A stretch of 64,000 nucleotides of DNA from Octopus vulgaris (Eukaryota): contig OX597814.1 of assembly GCA_951406725.2 (NCBI GenBank), positions 179,800,001 through 179,864,000 on the forward strand, read 5' to 3'. A program made the position numbers and the translations under genes. Shown here in pieces: positions 1 to 12,801 of this stretch; the first letter of the stretch is position 1; the number at the start of each line of letters is the position of its first letter. Below the pieces are notes generated by a model that searched no databases, was not told where the DNA came from, and worked only from the letters and a program-made list of their open reading frames with translations.

Positions 1-526
1 ATACTGTGACTAAGTGTAGAAATCGACACAATTATACGCTGAAGATTGTGTTCTTTTTGATATCAAGCAGAGGAAATCACAAACTCTTTACTCTTTCATA
101 TTAATGAATTTTGTCTCCAAGACAACCAAATTATATTTTCACAAAAGTTACGCATCCAGTGAGGAATGTAGGTTACACACATATTGTGGCTGCTACAGTA
201 TTGAACGACTTCATGTCAATAACCTGCTGTGCATCAGATAATAAGCATAGACTGGAACTTTTCGTAAGGTTCCAAGATACAGTTTATATTTGTAGAAGTG
301 AGTCTATGCATGTGTGAATATCTTTGACTATGTTTCAGTGTGCACATGTCTAATGTTCTTGTTAAACCTCGTATACGGTCTTATTGAAGAAAATGTTTGA
401 TGGAAGGTTTTCTATCAATGGCTGTTGTCACCTTCTCTTCAAACGAGGTGATATTTGGATCCCATGTTTGAATATGCACTTCTGTTCGAAGATGGTAGTT
501 TGAGATTTGGGGGAAATTTTATTTCT

Positions 527-588
527 ATTTCTAGCAAGTAAAATGGTCACATAGAGATTTCTAGCAAGTAAAATGGTCACATAGAGAT
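527..588. repeat. 30-bp tandem duplication
   Basis: atttctagcaagtaaaatggtcacatagag occurs twice head-to-tail (527-556, 557-586). Confidence 0.95.
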
Positions 589-1244
589 GGTTATGATACA
601 TGAGTTTCAAACCTATGTATCATACTCATATATGGGTCAGTGATGACGTGAGTATGTGAGTAATTTCAACATTTGGTGTCCCCAATCGAGACAATTTTCA
701 AAACTGTTTTCCAGCTGTTGCTTGGAGCTCATGATGCTGACTAACCATAGTAAGAACGTACATATTATATCCTTAATCTCTAATAATGACATTAAGTTAG
801 AAAGCTTCAGAGTATACCTCAAGCTGGACAAAATCGCTGAATGATAAATGATGTTAATTCGACGTTTACTCATGAAACATAAAATAATGCTACACAGTGT
901 TGTGTGGCTACTGCCCTCGGGCAACTTAGGGGCAGCAACTGTCATTAAATTTTCCGGCTGGATTCCCAAGTCTATTCAACTCAGACGATTGACATTACCG
1001 TCTCGTTTTTGGTCTACGTCTTGGTTAAGAATCCATCGAGTGAGTCTTTCCTGCGACGTTCTCATCACATGTATGTAACACTGAAACGGATAATTTACCA
1101 TAGTTAATGATACTAGAAAATACACATGATGTACATATTCCAAAATCACTTGACATACTGTATATTGTTTTCCAAATTTCCTTCAGAACCCAATATTTGG
1201 TCTCAAATAAGGATACTTTGGGCAATATAGATAGATAGATAGAA

Positions 1245-1417
1245 CACATACATACATACATACATACATACATACATACATACATACATACATACATACA
1301 TACATACATACATACATACATACATACATACATGCATGCATGCATGCATACATACATACATACATACATACATACATACATACATACATACATACATACA
1401 TACATACATACATACAT
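1245..1417. repeat. (TACA)n microsatellite
   Basis: Direct reading; short (TGCA)n interruption; source of the MYVC-repeat ORFs. Confidence 0.98.
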
Positions 1418-1693
1418 AGTCAAACAGACAGACAGATAGATAAGTAAAAAGTAGATATACATAAATGCATATATAAATATATATATATGCACACATAGAC
1501 ACACAAAGTATCAATCTGTATATACATATATAATTTCTGCATATTTTTTAGTAGAAAATATCCATCGACTTATGCCGATGTATAATTGTAAAATATAATC
1601 AGCATTAATAACCCGCCCCAAAAGTTTGTTCAAACTCTCGCTAGTTCCTTGTACATATCACGCAACAGATGATCACGTAAAGAACAGAATACA

Positions 1694-1743
<50 letters not shown>

Positions 1744-3639
1744 CCGCTGGTGTATATATTTATTAGCATATATGGATACGACTTGGTTGATGCTTCTGCT
1801 ACACACAATACAACTGACAAATGAGATATTCGGTTGACTGGTAAATACTTACTCACCGACACTTTTCAATCACTTTTCCATCGAATCCCCGGTAGTCTTT
1901 TTCTAACTACTTATTCTGTTGATACTAAAATGATCTGAGCATTATTGATCCACGTACCTCGCTTCCTCTCGCCATTCCTGTTCTGGCTCACCCGCCTACC
2001 AAAGCTTACATTAAATACTTTAACTCTTCCTACACTGAAACCGTTTCCAAACATCCCCTCAATATTTTTCTCACGGGTACTGAGTTTAAACTACTAGCTC
2101 AAACTAAACACTGTGTTCTAATTCTCCAGAATGAGCGGACCCAGAAACATGTAGTTGGGAAGCAGTCTTCTTTATTTCCTTTAAATTGCCATGAGGCATA
2201 ACATAGAGGGGGACAATACAACACATGTGGGGACATATAATAATTAAAATAGAAAATATGATGCTATGAATGACATGAAAATGAACATAAAAAATATCAA
2301 AATCAAAATATTAAAATAATGATACATGAATGATAACTAAGAAATGAGAATATGAAAAGTGTGTTACTCACCCCACACTGAGTAACACCACTCGCCACCT
2401 ATGAGTCCTGAGTCCTCTTTCGTCTTTGATCTAGTCTTTTGTTTACCGTTTTCCCCATCGCTGAGTGACAACACTATCTCCTCCATGTCCATGTAACCTT
2501 TGTCACCGAGGGAGGAGGCCTTGTAAATTTTGTGGTGTCTGTTCTTTCTTCTTTATTTTTCATGTTGGGAGAGGGGGTGGGTGGGTGGGTTTGGTGTCTG
2601 TATGGGGGGGTGCGTCTGCGTGATCTTGGGTGGGATGGAGTTGGTCTGGGGCCCCACATCACACTGACTGTTCTTCTTTCTCTTTTTCCTTTTATTCTCT
2701 GTCACTGTCTATTCATCCTCCTTATTCCTTCCATCTATCTCCACCACCGCTTCTTCTGTCGTCGAAAAAAAACACATTACTTATGGAATGACCTAATAAA
2801 TTATTATTGTTTCTCCCTTCCACTAATTTATATTACAAATAGGTTTAAATTCTCTTTAAAGTTTGCTTTTACGCAGAAGCAGAGATTTTGAAGTATCTTG
2901 CATTTTTTAAATATCAGTAACGTATCAAATTTCTAGTTAGTGAAATAATCAACCAACACTACTAGGACACCTAAAATCTGACGAGAACTTATAACCTAAC
3001 GTCTCCCTGAGTAGAACCATAAATACAAAATCAGAATGTTTGAATTCAGAAAATGCAAATTAGCTATAGCAAGATGATCTTTTCCCATTCACTTCTCCAG
3101 GAATTTTTACACCACTAACATTTTTGATATTCTCTTTCTTTTCGCCTTTGTCCAAGAAAACGATACCTAATCCGCGTGAATGTATTAATATTACTTTGGC
3201 TGACCGGGCAGGAGATATACTCCAACCCAATCCACAGTAACTTAAGTGTGATTATATGTATAAGTGGATGCAAGTCTAAGAATACTACTTCAATAGGTTT
3301 TTATATCCTTTACACTTATCAACTTTGGGGCATATTTCCACCGCACTATCTGTTCATAAAGATAATTTCAAATTTAGATAATCTTTAGTATTCCTTATTA
3401 CCGCGCAGATTTAGAGATTACGTCATTATTTCTTATATAACTATGGTATTTTAAAACTATTTCATAATATTTTTAAACTATTTCATAATGTACTCTTCAT
3501 TTTCTAACTTAGCAGAGTTTATAATGTTTGCAATATTAATTATTCACATGCTAGAATTCTGTTATATTACTTATAAGATTATCAATTCTCATACACTCTA
3601 TTATACAGTAAATCCCAAGAGATTTTAATGTCCTCACAT

Positions 3640-4700
3640 TTGACTATACTTGGAAGCTGGTCTTTTTTTTTCTTACCGCATTAATTTATACTGTTTCCAT
3701 ATAAATCCCAATGGGTTGTAAATGCCTGGTTATCAAAATTTATCTTATATTCATCATTTTTGCGCTCATATATTCCATTCACTTAACAAATGTGTTAAAA
3801 CATAGCTGTGTGCCACACATCATGTATACTGGAGTTTTGGTGTTTGTCTACCGGGAATTTATTTATCTTGGTAATGTATTCCTGAGATCTGTTGCTCTAT
3901 TGCAAAAGTCAATGTTTTAATCTAAAAAATTAGGTTTGCTTTTCTTATCAGTCACTATCACCATTAATATTTACTCATTCATCTAATACACCTTTTCTAA
4001 AGTCTAAAATAACGCAATTGTTATTCATTTATCCTGGTTTTTATAAACTCTTTCAACAGCTTGAATGGTATTGCTTTCTTATTATAATACATTATTTCTC
4101 TTCCTTCCTAGCTAATCAATCTTACTCCATATTTACAAACATCATTCACAGAGCATGCACTGTTCAGAGTACGATTATTAATTTCTTTTCGTTTTCTTAT
4201 CTAACAGATGATACTTTCTGTCTGAGGTCTCGAGCTATTCATTATGAACAAACACTACTTAGCTTGCATGACTGATCTTGCTGCTGATGTTATGTTATTT
4301 CTGATATAGATGATTACCTTTCTTGCGAAGTACTATGATCATCGACTAAGCACAGTATGTAAGCCATTTACCAGTCTGCTAGATTTTATTTCAAATAGAC
4401 TTTAGGATATTTGTCGTAGCCTCTCCTTAGTGCTTCAATATTTCAGCATCATTTCCGTCACCTCCTACATTTCCTCTTTTAGAGATCTAATTGCAGATCT
4501 CGCGTGATTAGAGAATCGTTGTTCTTCAAAAATTTATGTTGTTTCAATACATTTGGACCCATGCTGCTCTGTAGTTGAAAAGTTCTAAGTGGTACATTGT
4601 CCAACTTGCCACCTTCTAAAGTCTTTTGTTTTTACATTATTTTATTTGATGGTATCTACACTTGGGTAGTTTACTTTGGTGAGGCTTTTACCAGTTGTGG
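3640..4700 (-). mobile_element. Highly decayed N-terminal region of an R4/Dong-type LINE ORF
   Basis: Minus-strand FEEQRFSNHARSAI near 4490-4535 resembles the EQRLCD motif of the LINE N-terminus at 59091-59498; many stops; boundaries approximate. Confidence 0.4.
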
Positions 4701-5639
4701 TACCTCTGTCTTTCGTTCTTGGAACGGCTGATTAAGTATCTATATATTTTAGTTACCCATCTTTGCGTTGCTACAAGCTTTCCCTCAAAAGTTATCTTTT
4801 GATCTTTCTGTATATGTTTTTTTCTTGTTACGTTATCTGTCATTTATTTCCTGTTATAATTATTTCCTCAAAAATTTTGTGTGACGCTTATCTAGATTTG
4901 CGTCAGTGTTGTTACCAGGAGCTTGGCATCTTGGATTGGGGAGGAAAGGATCGACGCTTGAAGACCAATTAAGAACCGCATAGATAACGACTACTCTCAT
5001 CAACCTCAAGACAAAATGGAGAGATATGAATCCCGCCATAAAGGCAAAATCATACTCCTGCAAGGTAATGCTACTTTCTACCAAAGCAGACGCAAAATTG
5101 ACTCTCATAGCTTAAATTCATTGGAAAACACAAGCACTGGAAATCGTCAGCATTTTAGCCATCACGTACTTGAAGCATATCGATTGGTGATGCTCGTGAA
5201 CCCACCCAAACTACAATAGGCTCCATGGATACATTCCCACAACGGCAAAAGACAGAAAAACATAGAGTTTATGAAAGTGTATCAAGATATAGTAGCAGAA
5301 CTATCTAAAACAAATATGCAGCGGGAGAAAGAAAGAGAGTTGATCACAGGAAAAGATGTACTGACACTCTAAAAAAACGGATAAGCAAATTATTAAAATC
5401 GGACTTCGGCTTTGGTACACAACCCTGAGAGATGTGTAAAACTGGTATACAGTATGTAACGACAGTGCTTCTAGGACTCCATCGAATGTTGAAAGTGTTT
5501 TCACATAAACATCCACTCTAGCCTCCTCTATTTCAATTTGAGATTGAATAAATTCGTAACAATAATGGCTAAGTTCTTACAAGACCTTGCAACTTGATTT
5601 ATTTTATATTACTACTATATAAGAACTAATTTCCTCTTT

Positions 5640-6720
5640 TTGAAAAATTCCTTCATAATCATTTCATTCATTTCTTTTTTCCCTTACTTATGTATCTAAT
5701 AGCTTCATTATCTGTTTTATGCTCTCCTCGTCCGGTGACTGCATACCATTACTTTTCACTATCTTTCCTCGTTTTATTCTAAAAATTCCACCTTCTTTAA
5801 TCATGAACTATATCCCAATATCTTCACCAAATCCATATTCTTTTCCTACTAAATAGTCTTTTTATTCAAATACTTTGCGAACAGATTCAAATCATCCATG
5901 AAGATAATTTACTTTATAATGTCGCCCTCTAAAAGCATATAAAACATATATACGAGCCTTATCATTTTTAGCAGCAGTGGCAAAAATATCAAACCTGTTC
6001 CAACAAGCAAAAAAGGTCAACCTATTCTCATGGACAATTCCTTTATTGATTTAAACAGTTCCTGCCTTTTCACTACAACAGATTATATTTTCTTTTTACA
6101 CTAAATGTCCTTTTATTCCATTCTATTCCTGCCATCTTTAGACATGTTATTATCCAAAAATGAAGAATCATGACTTACGCCTTCTTTATTATTGATGCAT
6201 GACATTGCGAGATTTGTATGTCACTTCATATGGTACTAAATAATTAATGTACAGACTCGTAATTGATGCTAGAGTATATGAACAGTCATTCAGCCTCCTC
6301 TCTCCTCTATTTGTAATATATTCTGGGTATCTAACATCTAAATGAATTATTACACGTTATAAAGCTGTCAATAACGTTATCCGTTTCAAATTGTTAGCTG
6401 CATTGCTTTTGTTTTAGCCCATCTGGGATTAATAACACTAACTTCTTTCACAATTTCAGACAAAGTTTCCCTGATGCATAAAATATCATTTAAATGTTTT
6501 ATCATTATCCCATAGTTGATGACATTTTCGAGAAAACAAATTACTGTGCATTTCATCACAATCCAGGAGATTTCTCGTTTGGTCCGATTTTCTAACAATT
6601 CGCGTTTTCTACTTTTCATTGCAAATAAGCTTTGTTAATCCTGCTTACAATTTCATGTTGTTTTTGTAACTATTTTGCCTTTTGCTTTCTGTAAACAGTT
6701 ACTCAATATCTTGAACCAAT
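5640..6720 (-). mobile_element. Decayed R4/Dong-type LINE reverse transcriptase remnant
   Basis: Minus-strand motifs in the expected order: NLAMSCINNKE..MILHFWIITCLKMAGI (~6120-6215), INKGIVHENRL (~6020-6050), IIFMDDLNLFAK (~5873-5908), GFGEDIGI*F (~5800-5835). Confidence 0.75.
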
Positions 6721-6742
6721 AACATTTTCTCCTTCAGCGTTA

Positions 6743-7259
6743 TCTATATATATAAAACTGTAGTTGTGTGAGTGTCTGTCTCCTACGATTTAGATTCCTA
6801 ACTCCTCCCACATTTTGCGGTGCAGTTTAACCAAATTCGGGTATCTTATAGTCGTGATTAATATCAAGCCCGTCTGGCTATTAGCGCGCGTCTACGATGA
6901 GTCTACGATTTTAAAAATAATTTAACATCATTTTTTATTCCATTTTAATGCATAATTTTTCGTGTGTCGATGGCGGCGGAGTTGGCGTCCACGCTCAAAC
7001 ACCTTCACCTGTGTTTGCTTCTCCCCCTTCTTCCCTCCCTCGTGAAGCTGTGGGGAAGGGAGTTTAAGGAAATCAACGTCGTAATGCGTTGTCAAGGAGA
7101 CCAGCGTTCTTTTAGAACAACGACTTCATGGCTTGAAGACACCAAAACAGAAATGGCTAAGAAAGCCCGAATTGGCATCTATAAAGGAAGTAACTCTCTA
7201 AAAATGCTTATATAGTTATTTCCCTTACAAACCCGAGCAACGCCGGGCGATACTGCTAG
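6743..7259 (+). mobile_element. Non-autonomous Helitron-type element, 517 bp, copy 1
   Basis: Starts TC (tctatatatataaaa), ends CTAG, GC hairpin cccgagcaacgccggg at 7232-7247, inserted between A and T with no TSD; near-identical copy at 38540-39056. Confidence 0.9.
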
Positions 7260-7585
7260 TATATCATAATTCTTTCCTTTAAAACATTAATTTATATAAA
7301 ACCATTTTTCTTTCGTATTGAATATCATATTCTCTTTATATATTTTAAAATCTTCAAATGTGTTCCTACATATTCTCAAAATTCCCTATTAAAGAGTTTG
7401 TTTTTGTTTTTTATTATGATTAGTAAAAGTATGGCTGTATTCATGATTAGTCATATATACGCTATATACTGTTTCTAAAATTAGTGTAAAGTTTCCTTAA
7501 TATTCCAGAATATTGATAAATATTTTACTGAGTATTGCTGGTTTGGGACAGGTAAAAATCACTCAAAATTCGAAAGAATAGTGAC

Positions 7586-7630
7586 AAATCCGTACATGTT
7601 TCGTCTATTTTAAACCTTTTCAGCGGTTTT
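7586..7630 (-). ncRNA. Minimal type I hammerhead-like motif with core substitution (CUGAAAA)
   Basis: Minus: aaaaccg CUGAAAA g guuua aaa uagac GAA ACAUGU A cggauuu; palindromic helix III, GUA site; G8 replaced. Confidence 0.5.
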
Positions 7631-7880
7631 TTATTGCAGATACGTGACAAAAAATTGTTCAGTATTTGCAAAGTAGTGTACACCAATAGGCATGAAAACA
7701 TAATACATTGATCGCAAAAATCACAGTATTTTGTTAATCTCAAGCTATTAAGGTTTTTTAGAATTGTTGAATAGTGTATTGTATTGACTTCAATAGACTG
7801 TTGTTTCCCCGAAGAGTTTACATTTGCAGTAATAAACCAAAGAAATATTAATACCCAAAACAGTAACTGAACGCAAAGAA
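7631..7880 (-). mobile_element. Possible Penelope-like GIY-YIG endonuclease C-terminal remnant
   Basis: Minus translations SLVYYCKCK and TKYCDFC...ILNNFLSRIC lie directly upstream of the hammerhead-like motif, as at PLE 3' ends. Confidence 0.35.
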
Positions 7881-8105
7881 ATTGGTTTTTCTATACCTGG
7901 TTGGGATTATTTGCATCCGTTACTTACTTATTTCTCTCAGAAACGACATGAACATCGCATTCTATTTCATTTCTAATATTTATTGCGTTGAGCCAAAATA
8001 AACCAATATTATATCTAAACCACTTGTATATTAGATTCTTGAAATTGGTAAAAGAAAAAAAACTGCAGACACAATATATATATATGTGTGTGTGTACATA
8101 CATAA

Positions 8106-8126
8106 ACACACACACACACACACACG

Positions 8127-8186
<60 letters not shown>
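8106..8186. repeat. (CA)n-(TA)n compound microsatellite
   Basis: Direct reading. Confidence 0.97.
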
Positions 8187-8189
<3 letters not shown>

Positions 8190-9268
8190 GTGTGTGATTA
8201 TGTATATGCGTGTGTATAAGCACACAAGCTTGTTACATTATCTTAAACACTGTCTGGTATCGACTCTTCTGCTACATGGGCTTTATATGAATATACCGAG
8301 TCTTGCCGAAACATGTACGACCTACCACTGGTTACATCTTTCAACTAAGGTTTAGCAACATTCTCCTGCACCTCAACGTATCTAACAGCAGCAAGTCTTA
8401 AACCATGTGAAAAGATGTGAAGTCGCATGACATGACCTTCCATACTTATCAATCGTAAAGGAATCACATTTGCTGGATATTAGTACTTATCACTCTGGAG
8501 ACATCAGAATGATCTGCATATAATAAGCTGTGATGATTTCTTCTCCTAGACCTTTCGATTTATTTGAAGTCTTTTTTTCGACAAAGAAGATCCAAAGCGT
8601 CTCATATCAGTGAAGATTTTTAACCATGTTTACTAACCGATTGGCACGGATCATTGCAGGCATGAACTGATATCTCTTTACTATATATGTTACATATCAG
8701 ATATCCTCGTGCACCAGAGTTCTAGTAGTCCACTCTGACGCTTCAAGTTCTCAAGTGATTGCCCGTTTAGATTTCCAGGAATCATCAATGATAACGTTTT
8801 GAACACGTAGAATGAAGTACAAGGTCCTTCTGGTGTCCGAATGTTTATTTAGACTTTGGCAAGTAGCTCTTTCATCAGTCGGGGTCAGTGTAGCTATGTG
8901 TAAGAACTATATGCATATATACGCATGTCTGTCTGTATGTATGTATGTATGTATGTATGTATGTATGTATGTACGTATGTAGGAGTGTGCATATATGTAT
9001 GTGCGTGTATGTGTGTCATTATTCAGTTGTATTTCAAGATTTCTTGCCAATAGAGTAATAGCCGGTTTTTAACCTAGATCCAAGGCTCCATCACTGAAAT
9101 TTCAACAACTTTAACAGGGTATTTTGTATTTATGTATGTATGTGTGTATGTATGCATGCATGCATGCATGTATGTGTGTATATTTGTACATTTTGTTTTA
9201 TGTATATCTTTTCATGCATGTACTTGCACATCTAGATATGCTCATATATATATTTAAATGATAAACGT

Positions 9269-9870
9269 CTAGAAAGTTTTACAAATTTTTACAGTTCTAG
9301 TGATGGATTGGTTCTGTAGTCTTCCAATCAGCCGTCTCTTTTCTTGTTTTGAGAAGCCTAATTTCTCAAGATACGTTACATATCCCAGTGCCCCAATAAT
9401 TACAGGTATAAACCTGAACTCGTAATCTAGATAGAGTAACTGAAGATTTCTCAATAGTTCAGCGTAGGTATTCTGTTTTTCACCGATCTTCAGCTTTGTC
9501 AATATTAGCTGGGCAGCTAATTTCCACAACTGCATACAGTTTCTCTTCTCTATCCCAAATCATTATTCCAGGTTTGTTGTGCTTACATATTCAGGTTTTC
9601 ATTGGGACAATCCACCAGTACTTCTTTTTATTATGAGTGGCTATGGCTTCTACAATACTTATTTCTTTGTCTTGAGGGTTATTCTTCTGACAGAGTTCAT
9701 TATAGTGTTCTATCTTCAACATCATGTCTCATCGTTAGACAATACCTTAATAACATTTTTAGACAACTGCATATAATGTGTATAATATCTTCGGTGTTAA
9801 CTTCACAAAGTCTGCATCGGTTGTCACATTTTACTGCTTTTCCAGCATCTCTGTCGCTTTTGTACATCAG
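9269..9870 (-). mobile_element. 3' end of an R4/Dong-type LINE (CCHC finger plus restriction-like endonuclease), frameshifted
   Basis: Minus: CRLCEVNTEDIIHI..C, then KPGIMIWDREEK (degenerate RPD motif), then EKQNTYAELL..FIPVIIGALG in ORF 9269-9535. Confidence 0.85.
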
Positions 9871-11989
9871 GTTTTTGGTACATATGTATGTGTATGTATT
9901 ATGTGTGTATGTATGTATGTATGTATGTATGTATTTATGTATGTATGCAAGTATGCATGCATATACTCATGTATTTGTGTCTGTCAGTGTTTGTATATGT
10001 TCGGCCTCAGTTTTGCATTTCATCCTTTGGAATTGGAAATTGATAAGAAAATGAGTATTAATCCATGATTGTGGGCTAACAGAACTTTTATAGCGTGGAG
10101 CAGGATGACTTATGATGTCTCTCCGACTATTTGCGTTTACAACTGTGATGATACTGATAACATGAAACACCGACCAACTTTCCCCTCAGTATCAGCAATG
10201 GCGAGGAGAGGAGATATTCGTATTCACATATAATTGCATGTCTTCTACGAATGAAAAAGTAACTAGGAATGAGCATATTATAGGAGCTTACCGGGTAAAA
10301 ATCCCATCCTCAGCATTGACTTAACATGTCCTTCGATACATTTGTAATAGTCAAATCGATGATTTAGTAAGTCACGGAATGACGCTGATGTGTAAAACAA
10401 ACTTCTGAAACTTATTGCTAAGCCTACGTTTACTTCCTATTGCCAGCTACCACCAGTTACGGGTGGTAACATCAACCCTGGCGGATTTAGAACTTCCAGC
10501 CGAAAAGATACATTACCAAATTCCTCAAGCCACCTAGTTCAGCGCTGTCATTTCTGATTTTCACTGAACTTTCTATGAATTATAAATGGTTTCTGAGCGT
10601 GTCAACTATGGTTTCTGTCTCCTTTAATTGTCTCTTCGTAATTTCATTCTTTTTTATATAAGTTATTTTAATTGCTTATACTTTGTACTTTAATTGCTCT
10701 GCCAATTGTATTTTGTTTATGATTTTTAGCTAAACGCTAATTGTTTTTGATATTAATTAAAAAAAGCAACGAAACAGTATTTTCAAAAAATTATGGCTAG
10801 CAAAACATGATTGCATGATAAAGTCTACCTGAGCGCGTTTGTTTGTGCATATATCTGTGAGTATGTGTATGTATTTGTGTCTTTCTTTGATTTTAAAAAC
10901 TTTTCTCTTAATTATATTTGGAGCCATTTTATTTATCTTTCATATTCGAGCATATGATGATAATATTTCTTGAATAAAATACGTGATATTGGAAACTTAC
11001 ATAACATTTAAAGTTGCACGTGACGTAACAAAATTGTTTCGACTACATTACGACATGACCACCACAAGCGAAACGTCAAATTTATTGGAAATAACTTCTC
11101 AAACTATTAATAAGTTCTGTAAGCTATAAGGTAAGGGGTCACAATTATGATGGTTATAGTCATTCTTTCTCCTTTTTTTTTCGTCAAGGTTGAGTGAAAT
11201 AACGCAGAAGGATAAATAGTTGAAACAAGAACTGAGATTGATACCATTGTTGATGATTAGCTTCAACATAGCCCTAACGGAGATACTGAAATCTAATCTA
11301 ATTTTTTTTTGGGGGGGGGGTTCATACCAACGATTATCTCACACAATGAAACCTCCCTATTGCAAGCAAGCAGAACAAACATTCAAATGTTCTTTTCGCT
11401 GGTTTGAAAACAGCCCGAAATCAGGGTCGATTGTCATATGACATATCTACCGGATTAAAACTTTAACATGACCATCACGTACGGCTATCACATGACCTTT
11501 ATACACGGGCGTAACTGAGAACTGATCACAAAATTCCTTTGTGCCACCAAGTAATCATCTTCAACCAATCATGCGCAGATAAGGATACACATCATAGAAG
11601 GACAGAATGGACTAGGCTGAGCAGGAGGATACGAACATATTGAAAGTGTCACTGAAGAGTTCATAGATATGTAACAAAAGATTTCCGGACAATTGACAGA
11701 AAATAATCTAAAATAAAATAAGAACAATAATAAACGAGTGACGAACGAAGATATAGTGCGTGTATTTATTTAGAAAAAGAATGATCATCCCGAAATATAA
11801 CAAGAACTCAGCTACATTCTTTCTCTATAACAAAATGTTAAACGAATTCAGAACTACGACAAGAAACAAAACGGTTTGCAAACAAAGATCTACGTCCTTC
11901 AAATCTTATAATATTGAAAAGCATACACAGTTGTATGCATTAATAAACTCATACACTTTCAGTGCATTTTCAACTTCTTTTGTTATACA

Positions 11990-11993
<4 letters not shown>

Positions 11994-12065
<72 letters not shown>
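11994..12065. repeat. (TG)n microsatellite
   Basis: Direct reading. Confidence 0.98.
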
Positions 12066-12068
<3 letters not shown>

Positions 12069-12501
12069 ATACATATACATAGATTAATATTTATTTATAT
12101 TTATATCTACATATCAGAAAATTCCTGTACAGAGACCGAGATGTGAGATGTTTATATTAGATATAGGTAGCTAAGGAGGTAGGTAGGTAGGTAGGTAGGT
12201 AGGTAGGTAGGTAGGTGTATATATTAAAATATATGCATACTGTAATTCTTAGGCAGAATCAATAAGTTGTAGTGAGTGACAATTTTGCTCTTTCTGAACT
12301 ATGGATAGATTCCATACGAAGGACTTCTATAGAGTTTCCGCCGACCCAGTTTTACTCAAGAGGTGTGAATTCTTTCGATACTATGTAAAATATCGTCTCT
12401 CCAAGATTGAACCCTGTACCGAATGTTTTGTGAACGAGCTTTTTCACTAATCGGCTGTACTGTGCCTTGTATGTATGTATGTATGTATGTATATATATAT
12501 A

Positions 12502-12553
<52 letters not shown>

Positions 12554-12595
12554 TGTGATATTTCTGAGATAGCACTCTAGTTAGATTACAATTGA

Positions 12596-12801
12596 GTGGC
12601 AACCATGACGATGCCATAAAAAATTGTCAGGTTTATAATGTGTGGAACCCCGCCCATACTTATGTGTGTGTGTGTGTGCGCGCGCGCTTCTGTGTGTGGT
12701 ATATATATGGATGTGTGTACGTATGTATATATTTATGGGGACCCTACACATTCGTGCATACTAAGCCTGGCACTTTTTGATAGCCTCTTCATGTTGGACA
12801 C
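12596..12801. mobile_element. Degenerate MITE-like foldback element with microsatellite interior
   Basis: 12596-12651 is an imperfect reverse complement of ~12737-12801. Confidence 0.45.

Noticed and set aside
1025-1514. ORFs made of MYVC, YI, CV, HT or poly-I/N/M repeats here and throughout the window
   Set aside because: They are translations of microsatellites with no domain content.
2125-2160. gaaacatgta followed by gttggg, like a hammerhead 3' half (similar text at ~8310 and ~16271)
   Set aside because: No intact CUGANGA with matching helices upstream.
2361-2388. 10-bp hairpin gtgttactca/tgagtaacac
   Set aside because: Short and single; no supporting context.
5016-5219. RYESRHKGKIILLQGNA resembles the mariner ILLHDNA motif
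   Set aside because: No YSPDLAP motif or terminal repeats nearby; one weak motif is not enough.
6964-7215. 83-aa ORF present in both Helitron copies
   Set aside because: GTG start, no recognisable domain; persistence is explained by the near identity of the copies.
8837-8882. Minus-strand ccga-CUGAUGA...UAAACAU-ucgg
   Set aside because: G12 is missing, helix II is unconvincing and spacing at the cleavage site is wrong.
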